A stretch of DNA of 53,198 bases. It comes from Vulcanimicrobiales bacterium. Lineage in GTDB: Bacteria > Vulcanimicrobiota > Vulcanimicrobiia > Vulcanimicrobiales > Vulcanimicrobiaceae. Location of the stretch: NCBI GenBank assembly GCA_038215615.1, contig JBBQQR010000014.1, positions 1 to 53,198 on the forward strand, given 5' to 3'. Every line of letters begins with the position of its first letter. Position 1 is the first letter of the stretch. Positions 19,212-28,262 of this stretch are shown in pieces. The position numbers and the translations under genes are program-made. Below the pieces are notes generated by a model. That model was not told the DNA's origin and did not search any database. It saw only the letters and a program-made list of their open reading frames with translations.

Positions 19212-20534
19212 TTAGACTGCATCTTCCTCCGCACGTGCGCGCTCTTGAGCTTGCTGGGTTAAACCGTTGGAATAGATCCGCAGCGCCAAGATCCGGCGGC
19301 CGCGCATGCGATCGATCTTCAACTTCGTATGATCGTCGGCCTGGATTTCCTCGCCCTCGCCGGGAAGCCGGCCGAAGAGGCCAACCGCATACCCGCCGAT
19401 CGTCTCGAATTCTTCGTGGGGGAGATTCGTTCCGAGCTTCGCGTTGACGTCTTCAATGTTCATGCCGGCGTCGACCACGGCTTCGCGGTCGCTCAGAATT
19501 CGAACCTGTTCTTGCTCGTCTTCATCGTGTTCGTCGCGAATCTCGCCGACGATTTCTTCCAGCAGATCCTCCATGGTCACCAGACCGGCGGTACCCCCGT
19601 ATTCGTCGACGACGATGGCCATCGAAAATTTGTCCCGCTGCATTTCGCGCAGCAGCTCGGCCAATTTCTTATTCTCGGGTACGTGCGCGATGGGCCGCAT
19701 CAGCGACCGGATCGGATGAGAACTGATCGTTCCATTCGCCAGGCTGATCAGCAGTTCACGATCGTGAACTACGCCGATGATTTCGTCTTTTGACCCTTCG
19801 TAGACGGGCAGTTTCGAGTAACCTTCGGAGATGACGATATCGAGCGCCCGGCGAGGCGAGTCCTCGACCGATACCGCGACGACTTCGGGGCGCGGGGTCA
19901 TCACTTCACGAACGATCGTGTCTCCGAACTCGATCACGGAATGGATCATCTCGCGTTCTTGTTCTTCGAGGACGTTCTGCTCGGCCGCGACGGTTGCGAT
20001 CGTTCGGATATCTTCATCGGTGACGAAAATTTGACGCGTCGGTTTGATGCCGAACGGGCGCACGAATATGCTCGAAAGCGCCTGGAACGTAAATACCAGC
20101 GGATTGAGGAGCCCGGCTATCCGGCGCATCGTCGGCGCGAGCCGCAGCGCCCACCGCTCGCTGTCGGAAACGGCGATCGTTTTCGGGATGATTTCACCGA
20201 AAAGCAGCAGGATGAACGCCATCACGATCGTCGAGATAACGGCGGCGTCGGGGATACCCATCCGGATAAAGATGTAGGTCGCGAGCGAGTCGGCCGCCAG
20301 CAGCACACAGGTGTTGGCGATCAGAATCGAGGTCAGGAACCGGTTGCGATCCTCGGTGAGTGCCAAGACCGCCCGTGCTCGCTTGAGCCCGCGCTCGACC
20401 ATGGTGCGGGCACGCAGGCGCGAAACGGCCACCAGGGCCGCTTCTGAGGCGGCAAAAAAAGCGGCCAGCAGCACCAGGATAACGAGCGTCGCAATCTCGT
20501 ACGCCGAGACGTGGGGAGCGCTTGCGGGGGTCAT
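19212..20534 (-). CDS. Hemolysin-family CNNM/CBS/CorC domain protein
   Basis: FFAASEAA, FGEIIPK, VREVMTPR, VDEYGGTAGLVTMEDLLEEIVG. Confidence 0.93.
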   Translation of the reverse strand: MTPASAPHVSAYEIATLVILVLLAAFFAASEAALVAVSRLRARTMVERGLKRARAVLALTEDRNRFLTSILIANTCVLLAADSLATYIFIRMGIPDAAVISTIVMAFILLLFGEIIPKTIAVSDSERWALRLAPTMRRIAGLLNPLVFTFQALSSIFVRPFGIKPTRQIFVTDEDIRTIATVAAEQNVLEEQEREMIHSVIEFGDTIVREVMTPRPEVVAVSVEDSPRRALDIVISEGYSKLPVYEGSKDEIIGVVHDRELLISLANGTISSHPIRSLMRPIAHVPENKKLAELLREMQRDKFSMAIVVDEYGGTAGLVTMEDLLEEIVGEIRDEHDEDEQEQVRILSDREAVVDAGMNIEDVNAKLGTNLPHEEFETIGGYAVGLFGRLPGEGEEIQADDHTKLKIDRMRGRRILALRIYSNGLTQQAQERARAEEDAV

Positions 20535-20596
20535 GTACTATCCGGGCCTATCGGGGGCCCGGGCGGCTTCGTCGAGGGGTGTCCAATGCGCGGCCA

Positions 20597-21367
20597 TTAT
20601 AGCACACCGCCGGGACGCGCCAGCAGAAAGACTGCCAGGGCCAGCAGGCTCCCCAAAACAGCTCCCCACGAGACCTCAAAGACGGTGTGGATGCGGGCCT
20701 CCACCCGGCTCTGCGCGACCAGAAAGGCTACGAAGTACGCAAGCACGGCCACGAGCGGCCGCTGGAAGTAGAGCGCCAGGATCGTGGCAGCCGCAAATGC
20801 CAGCGCCGTATGGCCGGAGACCGAGCCTCCCTGAAAGGGCGTGCCGCGCCCCGTGAACGCCTTGGCCAGAATCGCCCCGATCAAAACGACCGCAAACATG
20901 ACGAGGACGACGTTGGCGGGCACGGCGGCGACGGCCGCATAAACGCGCGGGCCGCCGCGCTGAATGCCCTGGTAGAACACGAGGTAGCCGACGAGCACCG
21001 CGCCGACGCTGCCGATAAAGACCGCGCCCGCGGCAGCGTCCTTGGCGGTTTTTGCCAGCGGATGATGCGCGACGGTCAGCAGATCCACAACGGCCTCGAT
21101 CGCGGTGTTGAAAAGCTCGAGTGAAAGCACGATCACGATCATGACGATGATGGCGATCACGTAGAGGCGGTCAAGGTGGAGCAGCATCGTTGCGATGAGC
21201 ACGAGCGCCGCGATAATCAAGTGAACGCGCATGTTGGGCTGCGTTCGCGTCGCGTACATGATGCCCGAAAACGCGTAGTGAAACGAGCTCCAGAATTTCG
21301 ACTCGGTAATACGCGCGTATTCGGGCTGAGGATGTTCGCGCGAAGGCGGCGGGAGATTCTCAGTCAT
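20597..21367 (-). CDS. dgkA: Diacylglycerol/undecaprenol kinase with C-terminal PAP2-like domain
   Basis: ELFNTAIEAVVD, AKDAAAGAV, then SGHTA and SRVEARIH PAP2 motifs. Confidence 0.88.
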   Translation of the reverse strand: MTENLPPPSREHPQPEYARITESKFWSSFHYAFSGIMYATRTQPNMRVHLIIAALVLIATMLLHLDRLYVIAIIVMIVIVLSLELFNTAIEAVVDLLTVAHHPLAKTAKDAAAGAVFIGSVGAVLVGYLVFYQGIQRGGPRVYAAVAAVPANVVLVMFAVVLIGAILAKAFTGRGTPFQGGSVSGHTALAFAAATILALYFQRPLVAVLAYFVAFLVAQSRVEARIHTVFEVSWGAVLGSLLALAVFLLARPGGVL

Positions 21368-21809
21368 ACGGCCACGGCATAGCAATGGCGGCGGCGAGAC
21401 GGCGCTCTTCGGACTCCATCACCGCACGTTGGGCGGGTTCGTGATGATCGTGGCCGAGCAGATGAAGCAGGCCGTGAATCAGCAGCCTGTTGACTTCGTT
21501 CTGCAGCGGCGCATCATACTCGGCCGCCTGGCGCCGCGCGGTGTCGACGCTAATCGCGATATCCCCCAAAAACTCTTGTTTTCCAGCCCGGACGCCGGTG
21601 GGTTGCAAAGACGGGAAACTCAAGACGTCGGTGGCTTTATCTTTTCCGCGGTACGTCCGGTTGAGCTCGCGCACTTGCGCGTCACCCGTTAAAAGGAGGG
21701 AGAGCTCACCCGCGGGCCGGCCCGCGCAACGCAGCAGCTTCTGCGCCGTGCTTTTCAAGCGGCGTACGTTGATTTCGGGGTCCCCGACGTCGGCGCGCAG
21801 GTCGATCAC
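21360..21809 (-). CDS. ybeY: rRNA maturation RNase YbeY
   Basis: LN..YRGKD.ATDVLSF, HGLLHLLGHDH. Confidence 0.96.
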   Translation of the reverse strand: MIDLRADVGDPEINVRRLKSTAQKLLRCAGRPAGELSLLLTGDAQVRELNRTYRGKDKATDVLSFPSLQPTGVRAGKQEFLGDIAISVDTARRQAAEYDAPLQNEVNRLLIHGLLHLLGHDHHEPAQRAVMESEERRLAAAIAMPWPYD

Positions 21810-22762
21810 CGCTGTCCGCGATCGGCTGCATACGCGCGGATGATCTCGACGACCAGCGGATGACGAACGACGTCTGATTCTCCGAGTTCGACGATGCCGA
21901 TATCCGGCACGCCGCCAAAGCGCCGCGGCGCCTCGAGCAATCCGCTTTGCGCGCCGCCCGGCAAATCCACTTGCGTGACGTCTCCGTTGACGACCATTTT
22001 AGAGCCGGAGCCCAAACGTGTCAAAAACATCTTGAGCTGATCGCGAGTCGCATTCTGCGCTTCGTCGAGAATGACGAACGAATCCGAGAGCGTCCGGCCG
22101 CGCATATACGCAAGCGGTGCTACCTCAATGACGCCGCGCTCGATATAGCGGGAGACGAGCGGATCGTCCATCAGTTCCGCGAGCGAGTCGTAGAGCGGAC
22201 GGAGATACGGATCGACTTTCTCTTTCAGATCACCGGGCAGAAATCCGAGTTTTTCGCCGGCTTCGACGGCCGGACGCGAAAGAATCACGCGCGCGACCTG
22301 ACGCGCGCGCAACGCTTTTACGGCCATAACCACCGCCAAAAATGTTTTTCCCGTTCCGGCCGGTCCGATGCCGAACGTCAGCGTGTTGCGATCGATCGAA
22401 TCGATGAACGCGCGCTGTCCGGCCGTCTTGGGCCGAATTTCACGTCCGCGATGCGAGCGGAATAGCGTTTCGGGAAGTGCCGGCGCCGCGCCGCCGCGCC
22501 GTACGTCCGACGTCGCCAGCGCGACGTCGTCAGGCGTGAGCTGCACTCCGCGCACGGCTGCATCGAGCATCCGCTTGACAACATCGTAAGCTTGCGCGAC
22601 GGCGCTTTTTTCACCGTGGACAACCAGGCTGTGGCCGTCGACCCGCAGCGAGACTGCGAGCGCATCTTCCAAAGCCGAGAGATTCTGATCGAATTTTCCG
22701 AACAGCCGGAATTGATCGGTTAGTTCGCTTAGGTCGACGGTTCGTTCGGTCGTTGACTCCAG
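21806..22762 (-). CDS. phoH: PhoH-family ATPase
   Basis: GPAGTGKT, RPAVEAGE, AYMRGRTL, LDEAQN; conserved LFG.FD.NL segment is upstream of the track start, so CTG 22762 (GAGGGAG RBS) is proposed. Confidence 0.95.
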   Translation of the reverse strand: MESTTERTVDLSELTDQFRLFGKFDQNLSALEDALAVSLRVDGHSLVVHGEKSAVAQAYDVVKRMLDAAVRGVQLTPDDVALATSDVRRGGAAPALPETLFRSHRGREIRPKTAGQRAFIDSIDRNTLTFGIGPAGTGKTFLAVVMAVKALRARQVARVILSRPAVEAGEKLGFLPGDLKEKVDPYLRPLYDSLAELMDDPLVSRYIERGVIEVAPLAYMRGRTLSDSFVILDEAQNATRDQLKMFLTRLGSGSKMVVNGDVTQVDLPGGAQSGLLEAPRRFGGVPDIGIVELGESDVVRHPLVVEIIRAYAADRGQR

Positions 22763-22923
22763 AGTTCGTGCTCCCTCAGCGCCCGGGGTGGTCCGAGTAC
22801 TTCCGCCGCTATAATAGCCCGCAAAAGACTCTTCCCATCTTCGAACATCCCTCGAACCGTCCCGCCCTCGCTTATCTCAACTTTTATTCGCTCGGGCGGA
22901 ACGGCGCTGGATTTACGAGGCAC
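22729..22923 (-). CDS. Small YqfB-like protein
   Basis: LRAIIAAEVLGPPRALR resembles the conserved C-terminal motif of floA-adjacent proteins; GTG directly follows the floA stop. Confidence 0.6.
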   Translation of the reverse strand: MPRKSSAVPPERIKVEISEGGTVRGMFEDGKSLLRAIIAAEVLGPPRALREHELWSQRPNEPST

Positions 22924-23940
22924 TTATTTGGACGGAGGCGGCGGCGGGGCGGTCGGCGGCGGACCCTGGTCCGTCGCAGAGACGCTGCCCGAAATCGCGC
23001 CGCGCATCTCTGAGTCGGCCTGGATGTTCTTCATCCGGTAATAATCCATGATTCCCAGGTTGCCGCTGCGGAACGACTCGGCAATTGCTTGCGGAACCGA
23101 CGCCTCGGCGTCAACGACTTTCGCGCGCATGCGCTGCGTCTCGGCTTTCATTTCCTGTTCGGCAGCTTGCGCTGCGTACTGTCGTTCCGAAGCCTTGGCT
23201 TGCGCGATACGGCGATCGGCCTCGGCCTGCGACATCTGCAGCTCGGCGCCGATATTTTTGCCGACGTCGACGTCGGCAATATCGATCGATACGATTTCGA
23301 AAGCCGTTCCCGCATCGAGGCCCTTCGCGAGCACGGCTTTGCTAATGCGATCCGGGTATTCCAGCACCTGTTTGTGATCGAGCGCTGCGCCGACCGCGGA
23401 TACGACGCCCTCGCCGACGCGCGCCACGATAGTGGGCTCGCCGGCTCCGCCGACGTAGCGGTCGAGATTGCTTCGCACCGTGATACGCGCCTTCACGTTC
23501 AACTGAATGCCGTTTTGCGCTACACCCTGGAAGATCGGCGTCTCGATGACTTTGGGATTGACTGAGGTTTGCAACGCCTCAAGCACGTTACGGCCGGCCA
23601 GATCGATCGCGGCGGCGCGTTGCCATTCCAGCGGAATCTGCGCGCGCTGCGCGGCGATCATCGCGAGCACGCAGTTCTCGATGTTGCCGCCCGCCAGGTA
23701 GTGCGACTGAAGCTGATCGACGTTTAAAGGAAGTCCCGCTTTTCGTGCGCGCACTAAATTCGTGACGATAACGCTGGGCGGGATGCCGATGATGCGCATC
23801 CGGATCAGCGATCCTATGGAGAGCGGGACACCTGCGGCGACCGTTCTGAACCACATGCCGATCGGAAAGTAATAGAGAAACGTAAAGAAGAGAATAACCG
23901 CGACGAAAAAAATGATGGTCGCGCCGATTGTAACGCCCAA
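22924..23940 (-). CDS. floA: Flotillin-like protein FloA (YqfA)
   Basis: [48 protein letters not shown]. Confidence 0.95.
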   Translation of the reverse strand: MGVTIGATIIFFVAVILFFTFLYYFPIGMWFRTVAAGVPLSIGSLIRMRIIGIPPSVIVTNLVRARKAGLPLNVDQLQSHYLAGGNIENCVLAMIAAQRAQIPLEWQRAAAIDLAGRNVLEALQTSVNPKVIETPIFQGVAQNGIQLNVKARITVRSNLDRYVGGAGEPTIVARVGEGVVSAVGAALDHKQVLEYPDRISKAVLAKGLDAGTAFEIVSIDIADVDVGKNIGAELQMSQAEADRRIAQAKASERQYAAQAAEQEMKAETQRMRAKVVDAEASVPQAIAESFRSGNLGIMDYYRMKNIQADSEMRGAISGSVSATDQGPPPTAPPPPPSK

Positions 23941-23943
23941 GAT

Positions 23944-25263
23944 TTACTCCTTGTAACTCGGCATGTCGATGGGTTCGACAAAAACGCGCGCGCCCTCGAC
24001 ACGGGTCACGCGAATAGGTGTACCTGCCGGAATGAATTCACCTTGCGTCAGCACGTCGATCCGCCGTCCGTCCACCGTTGCGACACCCGCCGGGCGAAGA
24101 TACGAGCTGGCCGTGCCACTTTGCCCGCGTAAGTGCGTGAGATCGCGGCTGGTGACGTAATCGGGGCCTTGCGCGCTTGCAAACGTGAGCCGCGTCATCC
24201 ACGCATTTTGCGGAAACGCGCGCGTCGCGAAATAGAAGAAAACGACCGTCAGTACAATGGCTGTGGCCAGCGTTTCCATCGCGATCGAAAAAAACGGCAG
24301 GCCAAAGGCGAGCAATATGGCTGCGAGCAGCGCGATCCCGCCAAGTATGCCCGGCGCACCGTGCCCCGGAACGATGTGCAATTCGTAGAGGATGCCGACA
24401 ACGCCCGCGATCGCCAGTATGACAACCCAGCCGTTGCTGAATCCCGCGTAGATGTGCGAGCCGAAAAACAGTGCGAGCGAGGCGACGCCGATGACCCCGG
24501 CTATGCCGTGCAGGGTCTGCATCTCGATGAGCAGTCCCAAAAAACCAAGCGTCAGGAGCAGACCACTCACAGCGGGATTGGTCGCGAAACGCGCCAGTTG
24601 TTCGGCAAACGTATATTGCGGAGTCTCCTGCGGGCCGCTCAAATGGTTCGCGGACAGCATCGCGCCCAGCGAAGCCGCCTGACCGTCGGCGATCTTCGTT
24701 TTGAGCGCGGCCTGCGTGTCGAGCGTCAAATTCTGTCCGGGCTGTTTGTACTTCGGAAGATCGATGCTCTTGTCGACCATTGCCGCGGCGATTAGGGGAT
24801 CGCGATGGTTGCGCTCGGCCGTCGACTTGAATTCGGCCTTCACCGCCGAGATGAGTTTGGAAGTAGCCGGGTAGGGCTCAGCCTCCCCGATCGATGCGCC
24901 CGGCGCCATGTAAATATGCTTCGCCGCCAGCGTGATGAGCGCGGCCGACGAATAGGCGCGTCCGTCCACGAATGCAAAGGTCGGGATCGAGGAGTTCAGC
25001 ACAGCATCGCGGATGTCGAAGGCGGCTTCGAGCACGCCGCCCGGCGAGTTGACGTCGAGCACGATTGCCGACGCGCCGCTGGTTTGCGCACTCTGGATGG
25101 AGCGCACGACGAGATGATCCATACCGTCGTCGACCGTCCCGGTGATTGGAATCACCACGACCGTTCCGGCGCTTTTTGCCGGCTGTTGTCCGACGGACGC
25201 TGAAAAGAGGCCGGCTGCAATAAGCCCGGCTGCAGCGAGCAGTCCCATCTTGAACCCAAGCAT
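23944..25263 (-). CDS. nfeD: NfeD-family membrane serine protease (long form)
   Basis: ClpP-like NSPGG/AYSSAALI domain, TM block, LRPAG OB domain; precedes floA. Confidence 0.92.
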   Translation of the reverse strand: MLGFKMGLLAAAGLIAAGLFSASVGQQPAKSAGTVVVIPITGTVDDGMDHLVVRSIQSAQTSGASAIVLDVNSPGGVLEAAFDIRDAVLNSSIPTFAFVDGRAYSSAALITLAAKHIYMAPGASIGEAEPYPATSKLISAVKAEFKSTAERNHRDPLIAAAMVDKSIDLPKYKQPGQNLTLDTQAALKTKIADGQAASLGAMLSANHLSGPQETPQYTFAEQLARFATNPAVSGLLLTLGFLGLLIEMQTLHGIAGVIGVASLALFFGSHIYAGFSNGWVVILAIAGVVGILYELHIVPGHGAPGILGGIALLAAILLAFGLPFFSIAMETLATAIVLTVVFFYFATRAFPQNAWMTRLTFASAQGPDYVTSRDLTHLRGQSGTASSYLRPAGVATVDGRRIDVLTQGEFIPAGTPIRVTRVEGARVFVEPIDMPSYKE

Positions 25264-25311
25264 GCTTTTAGCTACCTAGGCCCTTCGCGAAGGTTACGGG
25301 GCTCTCTTCGT

Positions 25312-25755
25312 TTAGGCGAGTTCTTCGGTGACGATCTGGCGCACGAGGTTGCCGTCGGCTTGGCCCTTGAGCTGCGGCATCGCGACCTTCATGACCGCGC
25401 CCTGATTGCGGGAGCCTTGCGGCAGCTCCGCGATGATGGCGCGAACGATTGCCCGGACCTCGTCCCCGGATTTTTGCGCCGGCAAATACGCGGTCAGGAT
25501 CTCCCGCTCGCGCAGCTCTTTTTCCGCGAGCTCTTTCCGGCCGGCCTTTTCAAATTCGGCGGCGGCATCGGTGCGCTGTTTGACCTGCTTGCGCACGACG
25601 TCGGATTCGTCGGCGTCGGTCAAGTCGACTCCGGCCTCAGTCCGTTTGTAGGTAAAGCCCGAGAGCACCGACCGGAGCGTGTCGAGGCGGAGCTGGTCGC
25701 GAGCCCTCATCGCCTCCTTGAGATCGGCGGCAATGCGGTCTTTCAGACTGGCCAC
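25312..25755 (-). CDS. GatB/YqeY domain protein
   Basis: LKEAMRARD...LR, KQVKQR, YLPAQ, GQADG. Confidence 0.93.
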   Translation of the reverse strand: MASLKDRIAADLKEAMRARDQLRLDTLRSVLSGFTYKRTEAGVDLTDADESDVVRKQVKQRTDAAAEFEKAGRKELAEKELREREILTAYLPAQKSGDEVRAIVRAIIAELPQGSRNQGAVMKVAMPQLKGQADGNLVRQIVTEELA

Positions 25756-25761
25756 GAGCGA

Positions 25762-25932
25762 CTAGGCGCGGCGCTTGCGCGCGGCCGCGGACTTCTTCTT
25801 GCGGCGGACGCTCGGTTTTTCGTAGTGCTCGTGCTTGCGCGCCTCGGCCAAGACTCCGGCTTTCTGGGTGGCTTTCTTGAAACGGCGCAGCGCGCTCTCG
25901 ATAGACTCTCCTGGAGCTACGCGTACTTCCAT
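25762..25932 (-). CDS. rpsU: 30S ribosomal protein S21
   Basis: Below the ORF-track cutoff; [20 protein letters not shown]...[14 protein letters not shown], 56 aa. Confidence 0.97.
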   Translation of the reverse strand: MEVRVAPGESIESALRRFKKATQKAGVLAEARKHEHYEKPSVRRKKKSAAARKRRA

Positions 25933-25991
25933 TATAATTCAACCCCCCTTTCAATCGAAGATCACTGCCGGGCCAAGCGGCCCAATAGGTG

Positions 25992-26020
25992 ACTTTATCA
26001 CAGGGCCGCACTACAGTCAA
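25992..26020 (-). promoter_or_regulatory. Sigma70-type promoter of the rpsU operon
   Basis: TTGACT-N17-TAAAGT with TG extension. Confidence 0.7.
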
Positions 26021-26029
26021 AGCCACGGG

Positions 26030-26069
26030 AAATAGCAAGGCCCGTTGCCGTGAGGCCTCGGGCCTTGTT
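26030..26069 (-). terminator. Putative intrinsic terminator
   Basis: CAAGGCCCG/CGGGCCTTG 9-bp stem with inner GCC-TCAC-GGC, then CTATTT. Confidence 0.55.
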
Positions 26070-26226
26070 GTATCTCCGGCACGGTTCGCGCGTTTGAGTC
26101 CGTTTCCGAACCCCTACTCACGCCCGCCTCCGGTTCGACCTTCGCACTCCGGCACCGCACTTGCAGCGCCCTCAGCATGCTCGATCGCGGTTTGTTACGT
26201 TCCGCATTTCGTCGTTACTCGAAGTG
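26030..26226 (-). ncRNA. Candidate ~195-nt small RNA of unknown family
   Basis: Bounded by its own promoter and a terminator-like hairpin; internal 7-bp GAAA-tetraloop stem; no convincing ORF. Confidence 0.45.
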
Positions 26227-26231
26227 ATTGC

Positions 26232-26260
26232 ATGGTATCAATTTCACAATTCGATTGCAA
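26232..26260 (-). promoter_or_regulatory. Sigma70-type promoter upstream of the candidate sRNA
   Basis: TTGCAA-N17-TACCAT with TG extension, in a locally AT-rich patch. Confidence 0.65.
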
Positions 26261-26307
26261 TAGGTTTTGGACGCAACTCACAGCCATTCCACAAGAAACT
26301 GCGGTTG

Positions 26308-26326
26308 CTCACATCTACTCACATCT
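26308..26326. repeat. Tandem direct repeat CTCACATCT x2, 10-bp period (possible regulator site)
   Basis: CTCACATCT-A-CTCACATCT about 48 bp upstream of the -35 box. Confidence 0.4.
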
Positions 26327-26340
26327 TATACACGTTTAGA

Positions 26341-26682
26341 CTAGCCTGGCGGCCATGTCATAGGTCTTCCGGCGAGCACATGAACGTGCAAATGATCGAC
26401 GGTCTGTCCCCCGTCGGGTCCGGTGTTTACGACAAGACGAAAGCCCCCATCGTTCTTCGCGCCGAGCGCAGCCGCGGTTTCCATCAGCGACGTTATTTCG
26501 TCGGCGGATCCTTTAAATGTATGTTCCGCGATATTGGCTACGTGCCGCTCGGGAAGCACGAGCAAATGTACCGGGGCCTGCGGGTTCACGTCTTCAATCG
26601 CGACAATCCCGTTTTCGCGATGCACGATTTTCGCCGGAACCTCACCGGCCACGATTTTACAGAAAATGCAATCCTCGCTCAT
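26341..26682 (-). CDS. Histidine triad (HIT/HinT) protein
   Basis: DCIFCKI, PQAPVH, GQTVDHLHVHVL, WPPG. Confidence 0.96.
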   Translation of the reverse strand: MSEDCIFCKIVAGEVPAKIVHRENGIVAIEDVNPQAPVHLLVLPERHVANIAEHTFKGSADEITSLMETAAALGAKNDGGFRLVVNTGPDGGQTVDHLHVHVLAGRPMTWPPG

Positions 26683-28262
26683 GACTTGGGATGCAGATAC
26701 TCAAAAGCGATGTGCGTGTCGGGACTTGGGACGAATCCGGCAATTGAGGACTTCACGATGACCGGGACCGTCGTATGCACGATTGGCAGCGCGGGGACTT
26801 GATCGTGAACCATGTCGTTGGCTTGATGATAGACAACCGCGCGGCCGGCATCATCGAGCGTCGTTTGCCCTTTGACGATCAGGCGATGGAACGCTTCGTC
26901 TTTCCAGAACGAGTAGTTCTGGCCGTTGGGCTTTGCCAGCGCGCTGTCTTTGTCGAGGAGCGGATAGAAGAAATTATCCGGATCTCCGTTGTCGCCGCTC
27001 CAGCCTATAAGGCACATCTGGTGTTCGCCATTGCGGACTTTTTCGAGAAAGACCCCGAACTCGAACGGCTCCAGCGTGACTTTGATGCCGACCTTTTGCA
27101 GATCGGCTTGAATCGCTTCAGCAATGCGCTGCGGCTCGGGCATGTACGGCCGCGGCGTCGTCGGATAGTAGAGATCGGTGCTGAAGCCCTCGGAAAGACC
27201 GGCCTGCGCCAACAGCTGCTTGGCTTTTGCCGGGTCGTAAGGATACGGCTGCAGCGACTTGTCCTCGCCGAGCATTCCGGGCGGCGTCCAATTGGTGGCT
27301 ACGACGGCGCCGGCCGCGTAAAATGCTTTGACAATTGCGCGCACGTCGATCGCGTACGCGATCGCCCGCCGTACGGCGAGATTGCCGAAAGGCGTCTTCG
27401 CAACGTTGAGCGCGAGGTACGAATTATTATTCGAAGGCTGCTCGTAGACCGTAACGCCGGACTGCTTGGCGAGTTGCGCCGCGTCGTCGGGGCGCGGGTC
27501 GGTCAGAAAGTCGATGCCGCCGCGCTGCATCTCGAGCACGCTGGTGGCTTGATCGGGAATGTCGCGCACGATCACCGTCGCATAGGCCGGCTTTACGCCC
27601 TGCCACGCCGGGTTTGCGATCAGCGTGATGTGATCGTCCTTCACCCACTCCTTGAGCAGGTACGGACCGTAACCGACCGGATGGGTTCCGAATCCGGCGA
27701 GGTCTTTGCGAATAGCCGACGGCGAGGCGATCGCGAAAGACGGCATTGCGAGGTCACGCAAAAACGGCCCAAGCGGGCGCGAGAGCGTGAAAGTGACCGT
27801 TTGTGCGTTGGGCGTATTGACGGTCGTAATCAAGCCCGGAAAACCGCCGAACATATCGGCATAGTATCCATAGGGATAGTTTTGATGGTAGGGATTTTTG
27901 GTCAGGCGCCAGCGATCGAAATTGAATTTGACCGCCGCCGCGTCGATCGGGGTGCCGTCGGAAAACCTCAAGCCCTTCTTCAGCGCGAACGTCCAATGCA
28001 GCCCGTCAGAACTCATCTTCCAGCTCTGCGCGATCGACGGCGTAACGTCGAACGTTCCGAGCTTGAATTCAACCAGACCCTTCATCATTTCTTGCGTGAG
28101 ATTGAGCGACATGCCGTCGGTCGCTTGAGCCGGATCCAGAATGACGGCGTCTTTCACGCGGGCGATAACCAAAGGCGCGCCGGAGCCTCCGGCCGCGTTT
28201 TGGTTCCCGGCGCACGATACCAGCATCAGCGCCAGCGCAGCACCCGCGATCAGTTTCTTCAT
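26679..28262 (-). CDS. Dipeptide/oligopeptide ABC substrate-binding lipoprotein (family 5)
   Basis: Lipobox LVSC, FSDGTP, PVGYGPY, GWSGDNGDPDNF. Confidence 0.92.
   Translation of the reverse strand: MKKLIAGAALALMLVSCAGNQNAAGGSGAPLVIARVKDAVILDPAQATDGMSLNLTQEMMKGLVEFKLGTFDVTPSIAQSWKMSSDGLHWTFALKKGLRFSDGTPIDAAAVKFNFDRWRLTKNPYHQNYPYGYYADMFGGFPGLITTVNTPNAQTVTFTLSRPLGPFLRDLAMPSFAIASPSAIRKDLAGFGTHPVGYGPYLLKEWVKDDHITLIANPAWQGVKPAYATVIVRDIPDQATSVLEMQRGGIDFLTDPRPDDAAQLAKQSGVTVYEQPSNNNSYLALNVAKTPFGNLAVRRAIAYAIDVRAIVKAFYAAGAVVATNWTPPGMLGEDKSLQPYPYDPAKAKQLLAQAGLSEGFSTDLYYPTTPRPYMPEPQRIAEAIQADLQKVGIKVTLEPFEFGVFLEKVRNGEHQMCLIGWSGDNGDPDNFFYPLLDKDSALAKPNGQNYSFWKDEAFHRLIVKGQTTLDDAGRAVVYHQANDMVHDQVPALPIVHTTVPVIVKSSIAGFVPSPDTHIAFEYLHPKS

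Noticed and set aside
26017..26178. 53-codon minus-strand ORF inside the candidate sRNA
   Set aside because: No SD, runs through the terminator into the rpsU -35 box, no recognisable features; not fully excluded
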